A model generated the notes under the pieces. That model ran no database searches. It was not told the origin of the DNA and saw only the letters and a program-made list of their open reading frames with translations. The position numbers and the translations under genes are program-made. Shown in pieces: positions 56,876 to 64,000 of a stretch of 64,000 nt of DNA (position 1 is its first letter; each line of letters begins with the position of its first letter). This stretch comes from Candidatus Fraserbacteria bacterium (GTDB lineage Bacteria; Bipolaricaulota; Bipolaricaulia; RBG-16-55-9; JAJCYT01), in assembly GCA_029262795.1 (NCBI GenBank), contig JAJCYT010000027.1:54962-118961 (forward strand). The letters are read 5' to 3'.

Positions 56876-57619
56876 TTAAAGTCCTGATTTAAGTCGATTA
56901 TACAGAGGGGCAGGCAGGTTCACAGCTTGCATCTTTTCGCAGGTTTTTTCAACATTATATTTCAGTCGATGCCAGGTGACTTTTTCAGCATCATCTGTCT
57001 TTTCATAGATCACCAAACTCAAACGCCAATCTCCGTCACGAGGCTGCCCCACACTGCCAGGGTTGATGAGATAACGCTCATTGGCATTGAGGTATAGGGT
57101 TTCTTCATCGCGGATGAAGCCTCCCTGAATGTCGCCGCCATTTTCAATGAACAACGTGGGATGATGAGAATGACCAAACCAGCAAATGCGTTCGTCGAAA
57201 TGATGAAAGTTATTGTACGCCACTACGCGCTCCGTCATATATTCCCAAATGGGATCACGTGGGCTGCCATGCGTAACAAAAAAATCCTGATAAGGTGTTT
57301 TTAAAGGACGTTGCTTCAAAAACACTTCGCTACTTTCGTTGAGTTGTTCCTCCGACCAACGTAACGCAATGCCTGCATTGCCATTGAATCGTTCAATGTG
57401 GATCGTGCCAATGGCTGCTGCATCATGATTGCCCAACACACAACAACCGCAATGTTTCTGAATCAGCGTCACACACTCATTTGGCCAAGGACCATACCCC
57501 ACCACATCACCACAGCAAATGATGTCGTGAACGCCTTCGGACTGAAGAAATGCCAGGGCGGTTTCTAGAGCCGATAAATTTCCATGAACATCGGAAATGA
57601 TCCCATACTTAATTTGCAT
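56876..57619 (-). CDS. calcineurin-like metallophosphoesterase
   Basis: ISDVHGN, GDVVGYG, GNHD motifs. Confidence 0.8.
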   Translation of the reverse strand: MQIKYGIISDVHGNLSALETALAFLQSEGVHDIICCGDVVGYGPWPNECVTLIQKHCGCCVLGNHDAAAIGTIHIERFNGNAGIALRWSEEQLNESSEVFLKQRPLKTPYQDFFVTHGSPRDPIWEYMTERVVAYNNFHHFDERICWFGHSHHPTLFIENGGDIQGGFIRDEETLYLNANERYLINPGSVGQPRDGDWRLSLVIYEKTDDAEKVTWHRLKYNVEKTCEKMQAVNLPAPLYNRLKSGL

Positions 57620-57688
57620 GGCTGTAGGGTAGCTAAGATTGAACTTAATTTCAAAAGAAGATTTTTAGCCAAAATATAGATTTTAAAA

Positions 57689-57909
57689 GCTTTCAAATCC
57701 CCCAACCCCCTTGAGATCAAGGGGGCACGATTGGTTTGCGGGAGGATATTCTGATTTGAGTAAGTTGATTCTTTCTAAAAAGGAGAACTATCAAAAGAAA
57801 AATGTTTTGTTCTTGAACTTTGCCAAGAAAAATATGCTTAAAAGCAGAATCCACCTTCGAAGTCCAAATCGTGCCCCCTTTAGAAAAGGGGGTTGGGGGA
57901 TTTGAAGCC
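57689..57909. mobile_element. MITE-like repeat, copy A (best preserved; ~45-bp terminal inverted repeats each containing a C5/G5 hairpin)
   Basis: left GCTTTCAAATCCCCCAACCCCCTTGAGATCAAGGGGGCACGATTGG; right CCAAATCGTGCCCCCTTTAGAAAAGGGGGTTGGGGGATTTGAAGCC is its near-perfect reverse complement; no coding capacity. Confidence 0.6.
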
Positions 57910-58000
57910 TTTAACCTATTTCTCTTTCTTCTGACCAAATTCTTTTCCAAGTTGTTTTACCCTCCGTGGTGTTTAAACTTGGAGGACCAAGGAGGCACCG

Positions 58001-59620
58001 ATGAAATGGAAGTTTGCCAAACCTAGCAATGATATGGATGCGATTCCCAGTTATGCGCCTGGGACGCCTGAACGCGAGCAACTGACGAAAGAGCTGGAGC
58101 GCATCAAGCAAAACACTGAAGAAATTCCACTGATTATTAATGGACAAGCAGTAAAGACAGGTGAACTTGAGGATGTGGTTTGTCCTCACAATCACCAGCA
58201 AGTGTTGGCCAAGGCGCATTATGCAGGTGAGAAGGAATTGCAGCAGGCCATTGATACCGCCCTTGAAGCGCAAAAATCCTGGGCAGCGCTGGATGGCTAT
58301 CAGCGTGCAACCATCCTCAATCGTGCGGCTGACTTGGTGGCGGGGCCTCGACGAATTGAACACATTGCGGCGATCATGGCCAATCAGTCAAAAACGCCGT
58401 TTGAGGCGGAGATTGATCTGATCGAGCTCATTGATTTTTGGCGTTTTAATGCTTACTACATGCAGGAAATCTATGAACAGCAGCCTGACCAATTCGATGG
58501 TGAAACCAATCGCTTTGACTGGCGTCCGTTGGAAGGGTTTATTCTGGCGATTTCGCCATTCAACTTTTATGCGATTGGTGGCAACCTGCCCACTGCACCT
58601 GCATTAGTGGGCAATGTGGCTTTGTGGAAGCCATCCCCAACTGTGATTTTTTCCAATTATAAAATCATGCAGGTACTTCAGGAGGCAGGCTTGCCTGATG
58701 GTGTGATTAATTTCGTGCCATTCGATGTCAAGCACAGTGATTTATTGATGAACCATCGCGACTTGGCAGGACTTCATTTCACCGGAAGTTATCAGACATT
58801 TACCCATCTCTGGCAGAAGATCGGCCAGAACCTTCCCAACTATAAAAACTTCCCTCGAATTGTTGGCGAAGCTGGCGGCAAAGATTTTATCCTCGTTCAT
58901 CCATCCGCAGATGTGGGCGCAGTCGTCGCAAATTCAGTTCGTGGTGCGTTTGAATACCAGGGCCAGAAATGTTCAGCAGCATCTCGAATGTACGTGCCGG
59001 AAAGTTTGTGGGATGAGATCAAATCAGAGATGCTGACTCAATTGAAAAACTTTAAACACGGTCCTGTTGAAGACCTCAGCATGGCGATGGGCGCGGTGAT
59101 TTCCGAAGCTTCTTTCAAAAAAGTATCTTCCTATTTGGATTATGCCAAGCAAAATACGGATCAATATGAAATCCTTCACGGTGGAAACTGTGATGATTCT
59201 CAAGGCTGGTTTGTCGAACCGACGTTGATTCAGACCACTGACCCTAAAGGTCAAGTGATGTGTGAGGAAATCTTTGGACCAGTATTAACCGTTTATGTCT
59301 ATGCAGACGCCGATTATGAAGCGACGTTGAAGTTGGTTGATGAAGCCACGCCTTATGCACTCACCGGTGCAATCTTTGCGCAGGATCGCTATGCAATTGC
59401 TCAAGCAGAAGAAGCACTCCGGTTCTCCGCAGGGAATTTTTACATCAATGACAAACCCACTGGGGCCATTGTTGGACGCCAGCCCTTCGGAGGCACTCGC
59501 CATTCCGGTACCAATGACAAAGCTGGATTCTGGCTCAATGTTTCCCGTTGGATGAGTCCACGTACGATTAAAGAAACGCTCGTTCCTCCGTTGAGTTGGG
59601 AACGTCCTTACATGGAATAA
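58001..59620 (+). CDS. L-glutamate gamma-semialdehyde (1-pyrroline-5-carboxylate) dehydrogenase, ALDH superfamily
   Basis: 539 aa; ALDH core with catalytic Cys region (…GQKCSAASR…) and P5CDH-type N-terminal extension. Confidence 0.85.
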   Translation: MKWKFAKPSNDMDAIPSYAPGTPEREQLTKELERIKQNTEEIPLIINGQAVKTGELEDVVCPHNHQQVLAKAHYAGEKELQQAIDTALEAQKSWAALDGYQRATILNRAADLVAGPRRIEHIAAIMANQSKTPFEAEIDLIELIDFWRFNAYYMQEIYEQQPDQFDGETNRFDWRPLEGFILAISPFNFYAIGGNLPTAPALVGNVALWKPSPTVIFSNYKIMQVLQEAGLPDGVINFVPFDVKHSDLLMNHRDLAGLHFTGSYQTFTHLWQKIGQNLPNYKNFPRIVGEAGGKDFILVHPSADVGAVVANSVRGAFEYQGQKCSAASRMYVPESLWDEIKSEMLTQLKNFKHGPVEDLSMAMGAVISEASFKKVSSYLDYAKQNTDQYEILHGGNCDDSQGWFVEPTLIQTTDPKGQVMCEEIFGPVLTVYVYADADYEATLKLVDEATPYALTGAIFAQDRYAIAQAEEALRFSAGNFYINDKPTGAIVGRQPFGGTRHSGTNDKAGFWLNVSRWMSPRTIKETLVPPLSWERPYME

Positions 59621-59633
59621 ATGAAGTGATACT

Positions 59634-60794
59634 TTGAAGGCATACCCTAAAGCATCAAGTCTGCCTATCTGGAAGCGTATTGTGCCTCTGATGGGCGCAC
59701 ATTTCTGTAGCGATTTTTTTGGCAATGTGTTGCCCGTGATTTTGCCGTTGATCAGTGCAAAATTTAACTTGTCTTTGTCTCTGGTGGGGTTGGTGTCAAG
59801 TGTGGGTACCACCACTGCTTCTTTGACACAATTATTTTTTGGCTTTATTTCAGATCGTTTTGGTAAGGCCAATTTTGTGTTGTGGGGGCCGGTGCTAAGT
59901 GGCTCCATGATCAGCCTGGCTGGACTGATGCCAAACTATCCGCTGCTGTTACTGGTGGTTGGTATTGGCGGTTTGGGGTCGGCCATGTTTCATCCTCAGG
60001 CGACGGCGACTGTGGGATCATTGTTTCACCAACGGCGCGGGTTAGCGCTTTCTTTGTTTATCACCAGTGGACGCACAGGGGCTTCTTTGGCACCAATTGT
60101 GGCTGGATTTATTTTCGGCACGCTGGGATTGACCAACGGTGCATTTGCATTGTTAGGGGTGGTGGGCGTGATTTTTGTCGGCTTGAAATTCACCGTGCCC
60201 GCCCCGCCCAAACAGGAAAAGAAAGACAAACTCTATCTCAAAGAAGCCAGCCGAAAGTTGTTTCTTGTTTTGTGTCTGGTGGTGTGTCGTCATATCGTGT
60301 ATGCCTCTTTTATCACTTATCTCATTTTTATGTTGCAGGAGCGCGGGTGGTCTTACGAGTTGGCAAGTTTTGGATTGTTTTTGTTTCTGTTTGGCAACGC
60401 ATTTGGTTCCTTGATTGGCGGGCCATTGTCGGATCGTATCGGGCGCAAGCCGATGATCATTGGTTCTTATGCTTTGGCTTTTGGTTTTCTCTGGCTTTTC
60501 TTAAACATGCCTGGATATGAGTTCTTATGGCTGGTGGTGGGAGGCATCATCTTGGTGTCTAATAACCCTGTCCTGGTGGCCCATGCGCAAGAGGTGATGC
60601 CGGAACATGCGGGCACAGCCTCTGCCGTTGCAATGGGTTTAGGCTGGTTTGGCGGTACGGTGACCGTGCCACTGATCGGTATTCTTGCAGACCAGACCAG
60701 TATCATGACTGCACTGAATGTTTCCATTTATGGTGCATTGATGGCAGCTTTAATAGGGTTTGTTTTGCCAAATGAAAAAGCACTCAAAAGTTGA
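59634..60794 (+). CDS. MFS transporter
   Basis: 12 TM helices, G-x-x-x-D-R-x-G-R-K motifs between TM2-3 and TM8-9. Confidence 0.8.
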   Translation: MKAYPKASSLPIWKRIVPLMGAHFCSDFFGNVLPVILPLISAKFNLSLSLVGLVSSVGTTTASLTQLFFGFISDRFGKANFVLWGPVLSGSMISLAGLMPNYPLLLLVVGIGGLGSAMFHPQATATVGSLFHQRRGLALSLFITSGRTGASLAPIVAGFIFGTLGLTNGAFALLGVVGVIFVGLKFTVPAPPKQEKKDKLYLKEASRKLFLVLCLVVCRHIVYASFITYLIFMLQERGWSYELASFGLFLFLFGNAFGSLIGGPLSDRIGRKPMIIGSYALAFGFLWLFLNMPGYEFLWLVVGGIILVSNNPVLVAHAQEVMPEHAGTASAVAMGLGWFGGTVTVPLIGILADQTSIMTALNVSIYGALMAALIGFVLPNEKALKS

Positions 60795-60797
60795 ATT

Positions 60798-60828
60798 GAA
60801 ACAACCGCTTGTCGGTTGTTTTTGTGTT
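60798..60828 (+). terminator. rho-independent terminator after MFS transporter gene
   Basis: AAACAACCG-CTTGT-CGGTTGTTT hairpin followed by TTGTGTTTC. Confidence 0.5.
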
Positions 60829-60847
60829 TCTAAAAAATTTTGGCACA

Positions 60848-61672
60848 ATGCATTTTATGCTCAGATCAAAACATTTCTTTTTCATGATGATGCCTTTAAC
60901 ACTTCTTTTGCTTACAGGATGCCAGGAATTTTTAGTGAATAGTTCGGCGTTCTTCCCTCAGAAGATCAATCCGAATCAGCCTCCTCCAAATGATGATCGC
61001 TTTGAAGAACTCTTTTTCGATTCTCTGGATGGCAAGCGGCTTCAAGCACTGTTCTTTAATCACCCAGACAGTGAACAAGTGGTCGTGTTCTTTCACGGCA
61101 ACGCAGGTTATCTTTATCAACGGATCAGTCACGCGCTCGCGCTTTACGAAAGAGGCGTCAGTGTGTTTTTGCTGAGTTATCGAGGCTATGGCAAAAGCGA
61201 AGGGCGACCCTCCGAACAAGGGGTTTACAAAGATGCACAAGCCACGATGAACTATGTTCGAGACGAACTTGGTTTTGCCGAGGAACAAACGTTCATCTTG
61301 GGGCGATCTCTAGGTTCTGCTGTTGCCATCGAAGTGGCACAGAATAAAAATCTGGCCGGCCTCATCCTTGTGACCCCACTTAGTTCCGGTCGAGATATCG
61401 CCCACTATCGTAACTTAGGATGGGCCGTTGGCTTGATTGGTCACCCGCTCGATTCCATCAGCAAAGTGAAACATCTGCAAATGCCTGCCTTATTCATTCA
61501 TGGTGATGCTGATTGGGTGATTCCTATTGAGCAAGGAAAAAAACTTTTTGAGGCGTATGCTTCAGATCGCAAGATTTTTAAAACCGTTATTGGTGCAGGG
61601 CATCTCAACATCATTGGCATGGCTGGTTCTATTTATTGGGACTTGATGCGTGAATTTGTTAAGTCAAATTAG
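60848..61672 (+). CDS. alpha/beta hydrolase (BEM46-like) lipoprotein; start moved to MHFM because annotated Met lies inside the upstream terminator
   Basis: lipobox LLLTGC, HGNAG oxyanion motif, GRSLGS nucleophile elbow, C-terminal GAGH. Confidence 0.7.
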   Translation: MHFMLRSKHFFFMMMPLTLLLLTGCQEFLVNSSAFFPQKINPNQPPPNDDRFEELFFDSLDGKRLQALFFNHPDSEQVVVFFHGNAGYLYQRISHALALYERGVSVFLLSYRGYGKSEGRPSEQGVYKDAQATMNYVRDELGFAEEQTFILGRSLGSAVAIEVAQNKNLAGLILVTPLSSGRDIAHYRNLGWAVGLIGHPLDSISKVKHLQMPALFIHGDADWVIPIEQGKKLFEAYASDRKIFKTVIGAGHLNIIGMAGSIYWDLMREFVKSN

Positions 61673-61714
61673 AACCTGTCTTTGTTTTCTGCCACAACAA
61701 TGACCATGAAAAAA

Positions 61715-61748
61715 GCCAGCGACGCATTTGCGTCGCTGGCTTTCAGTG
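61715..61748. terminator. bidirectional terminator between convergent genes
   Basis: GCCAGCGACGC-ATTT-GCGTCGCTGGC perfect 11-bp stem flanked by AAAAAA on one side and TTTC…TTTT on the other. Confidence 0.55.
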
Positions 61749-61779
61749 TTTCTTTTAGAGTCTGAACGTAATTGTTCGT

Positions 61780-64000
61780 TTACTTCTTGCGGATGCGTTC
61801 GGGCACGTTTTCGGAGGTGTCCGTGGTATTGGTGGCGATCACGTTTTCGCGACCGGCGACCACAGAGTTGTCGTCTGCGTGGATACCGAAGCCCTGGTTC
61901 CCCGTCACCTGCGTGTCGCGCAAGCTGACCAAGGAATCTTCCAAAGCCACACCGTCTGTGCTGTTGTCAGCAATCACCATCTGAATGGCAGAAGCTGCGG
62001 AACTGTTCAACACTTCCAAGCCGCGACCGGTGTTGTTAGATAACGAACCGTTGCGTAAGGAAGCGGTAGAACTGTCCAAGCTCACGCCGCCCTGGTTGCC
62101 CGTAACCGTGGTGCCGATGAACAACATGGCAGAACGTTGCTGAGCGTGGATGCCCAAGCCACCATTGTTTTCAATCAAGCCACCGCGCAACGAAGCCACG
62201 GCACTGGTGAGGCTCATGCCGCCCTGGGTGTTGTTGCCAAACGTACTTTCCACAAACTGCACCGCTGTTCGATCACTGGCCATCAACGCCCAGCCCTGGT
62301 TTGCCGTAATTGCACTTTGTGTGATGCTGGCTGGTGAGTTGACCAAGCGGATGCCATCGCTTGGATGGTTGGTGATCGTGGTGTTGTCCAACGTGACTGT
62401 TGCATCTTTGGCGTCGATGCCGTAGCCGCCGTTGCCATCCATGATGCTGTTGTTGCGGAGTTCAACGGAGGAACTTTGTGCCAAGATGCCGTCAGAAGCG
62501 TTGTTCATTAACTGACTGTTGTTGATCGTGATTTCAGATTCGCTCAAGTCCACTGCGCGGCCCTGGTTGTTGTTCACAAAGCTGTCGCGCAAGTCCATGG
62601 ACGTTTCTCGCAAGAAGAAACCGTCGGTTGGATGACCCGTCAATGTGACGTTGGCAAAAGCCACTGTGGACAAGCTGGCGTTCAAACCGTGACCACCATT
62701 GTTGGTGATTTCGGAATCACGCAAGTCGGCTTTGGAATCGCTCAACAAGAGCGCGTCCTGGCCAGAACCGCTGATGAGGGCATTCGTGCCCAACAACGTA
62801 CCGTTGCTGGAGAACACGCCACGACCGCGGTTGTCCGTGATTTGGCTGCCTTTCAAGTCCACCGAGCTGGCGTCCAAGGTGATGCCGTCGCCTGGGTGGT
62901 TCTTGACAAAGCTGTTTTGCAAGGTCACACGAGATTTGTTGGCTTCAGCAATACCCACGCCACCGTTGCTGTCGAAGGTGGTGGTGCGGATCGTTGCGGA
63001 AGAGGCCGTCATTGTCATGCCGTGGTTGCCGTTGCTGGCAATCATCGCGCCTTCAAAGGTTACTTTTGCGTCGTTGAGCTGCAAGCCCACGCCGCTGTTG
63101 TTGATGACTTCACTGTTGACAAATTTAGCCGTGCTTTCCAACAACACAATGCCTTCCTGTGGATGGCCTTTGATGACCGTCTGGTTGGAAGTGCTGGTGT
63201 TGGAATCAAATGAGTTGATGCCAAAACCGCTGTTGGTGTCGATGGTGGTGCTTTCCAAGCTGGCGTTTGATTCGCTGAGGTTGATGCCGTTACCGCGGTT
63301 GCGGGCGATCATCGTGTCTTTGGTGTCGATGGTGGAGCGAGACAATGCGTTTACACCGTCGCCCTGGTTATCGACCACTTCAGCCGTAATCATTTCTGCC
63401 ACGGAATCGTTGAGCAACACGCCTTCCTGTGGATGACCACTCACGAGCGAACCGTTCAACGTCACTTTGGTGTTGCTGGCGTTGATGCCGCGTGCGCCGT
63501 TGCTGGTGACTTCGCTGTTTACCAATTCACTGGATGCATCTACCAAAATCATGCCGTCGCGACTGTTATTGGTAACCGTGCTGCCAGTGAGGAAGAATTC
63601 AGCGCTGTCCACACCGTTCAAGCCTGCACCGGAGTTGCCACTCACTTCACTGTCGGTGAGGTCGCCTTTGGCGTTGGTCAACGTCATGCCGTCCACACCG
63701 TGATTGATGAAGCGACTGCTGAAGGTGATGATGGTGGAGTCGGTGGCTTTTACACCACTGCCCTGATTCTGCTGTACCACACTGTCAGCAAATTCAGCAG
63801 AGCCGTCCAACATCGTCAAACCATCCACTGGATGGCCGGAGATTTCACTGTTGACCAAAACCTTGACAGCAGCGTTGGTGGCTTCGATGCCGCTTTGACC
63901 GTTGTTCAAGATTTTGGATGTCTGCAATTCCGTGGAAGAATTTTCCAAGAAAATGCCAGAACGTGGATGCTGCTCAACCGTGCTGTCGATCAACAAGGCG
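61780..64000 (-). CDS. giant right-handed parallel beta-helix (PbH1) repeat protein, N-terminus beyond window (>738 aa in window)
   Basis: uninterrupted ~22-23-aa repeats of type …T.N.G.GI.A..S.V.L.NS.I.GHP.DGI.L… across the whole ORF; frame open at window edge. Confidence 0.7.
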   Translation of the reverse strand, partial: ALLIDSTVEQHPRSGIFLENSSTELQTSKILNNGQSGIEATNAAVKVLVNSEISGHPVDGLTMLDGSAEFADSVVQQNQGSGVKATDSTIITFSSRFINHGVDGMTLTNAKGDLTDSEVSGNSGAGLNGVDSAEFFLTGSTVTNNSRDGMILVDASSELVNSEVTSNGARGINASNTKVTLNGSLVSGHPQEGVLLNDSVAEMITAEVVDNQGDGVNALSRSTIDTKDTMIARNRGNGINLSESNASLESTTIDTNSGFGINSFDSNTSTSNQTVIKGHPQEGIVLLESTAKFVNSEVINNSGVGLQLNDAKVTFEGAMIASNGNHGMTMTASSATIRTTTFDSNGGVGIAEANKSRVTLQNSFVKNHPGDGITLDASSVDLKGSQITDNRGRGVFSSNGTLLGTNALISGSGQDALLLSDSKADLRDSEITNNGGHGLNASLSTVAFANVTLTGHPTDGFFLRETSMDLRDSFVNNNQGRAVDLSESEITINNSQLMNNASDGILAQSSSVELRNNSIMDGNGGYGIDAKDATVTLDNTTITNHPSDGIRLVNSPASITQSAITANQGWALMASDRTAVQFVESTFGNNTQGGMSLTSAVASLRGGLIENNGGLGIHAQQRSAMLFIGTTVTGNQGGVSLDSSTASLRNGSLSNNTGRGLEVLNSSAASAIQMVIADNSTDGVALEDSLVSLRDTQVTGNQGFGIHADDNSVVAGRENVIATNTTDTSENVPERIRKK

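Noticed and set aside
60809-60847. Annotated start of the alpha/beta hydrolase ORF inside the MFS terminator hairpin
   Set aside because: The first Met lies within the terminator stem-loop. The downstream Met at 60848 gives a canonical lipoprotein signal peptide (LLLTGC), so the shorter CDS was adopted.

Overview
This 64-kb window is a densely packed chromosomal segment of a bacterium, mostly housekeeping genes, with short intergenic gaps, overlapping start/stop codons and several GTG/TTG starts. An outer membrane is suggested by the beta-barrel and lipoprotein signals. I found no rRNA or tRNA genes, no CRISPR array and no recognisable defence, phage or integrase genes.

Genes I can call from the translations:
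- coaD, mnmG, a guanine/nucleoside deaminase (GuaD/TadA fold), and a zinc alcohol dehydrogenase/quinone oxidoreductase
- an aromatic-amino-acid decarboxylase, a GNAT acetyltransferase, chorismate mutase and tyrA
- tgt with a DUF2419 queuosine-salvage gene and a CsoR-type copper repressor
- tsaD, a fatty-acid-CoA ligase, trxB and tsaE
- a CorC/HlyC protein, accB and accC
- ffh, rpsP, a KH-domain protein, trmD, a SPOUT-like gene, rplS and lepB (rimM is absent)
- a TPP riboswitch followed by thiB
- typA, ppc, an ABC-F ATPase and a Crp/Fnr regulator
- a Wzy_C-TPR membrane protein and secA
- asnS, suhB, surE, a metallophosphoesterase, a P5C dehydrogenase and an MFS transporter

The accessory-looking content is:
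- A MITE-like family of about 200-220 bp, present in three intergenic copies, bounded by roughly 45-bp terminal inverted repeats that each contain a C5/G5 hairpin.
- A candidate tyrosine to tyramine to N-acetyl-tyramine locus: decarboxylase, GNAT, a secreted bacterial PPPDE/DeSI-type papain-fold peptidase, chorismate mutase and TyrA.
- A CsoR-DUF2419-tgt operon, which would put queuine salvage under a metal-sensing repressor.
- An M1-family zinc peptidase fused to a C-terminal outer-membrane-barrel-like domain.
- An 862-aa mosaic secreted protein: PPC-like domain, Pro/Thr linker, ThuA/GATase1-like domain, Ig-like beta-sandwich, parallel beta-helix and TSP3 calcium-binding repeats.
- A giant parallel beta-helix repeat protein that runs off the 3' edge of the window.
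- A ribosomal ffh-rpsP-trmD-rplS operon in which rimM is replaced by an uncharacterised SPOUT-like gene, and whose KH protein carries a long basic Asn-Arg dipeptide-repeat tail.
- Two gene-free stretches of about 0.6 kb carrying nested palindromes and repeated short motifs; these are candidate small RNAs.

All calls rest on reading the supplied translations and the DNA by eye. I ran no database search.
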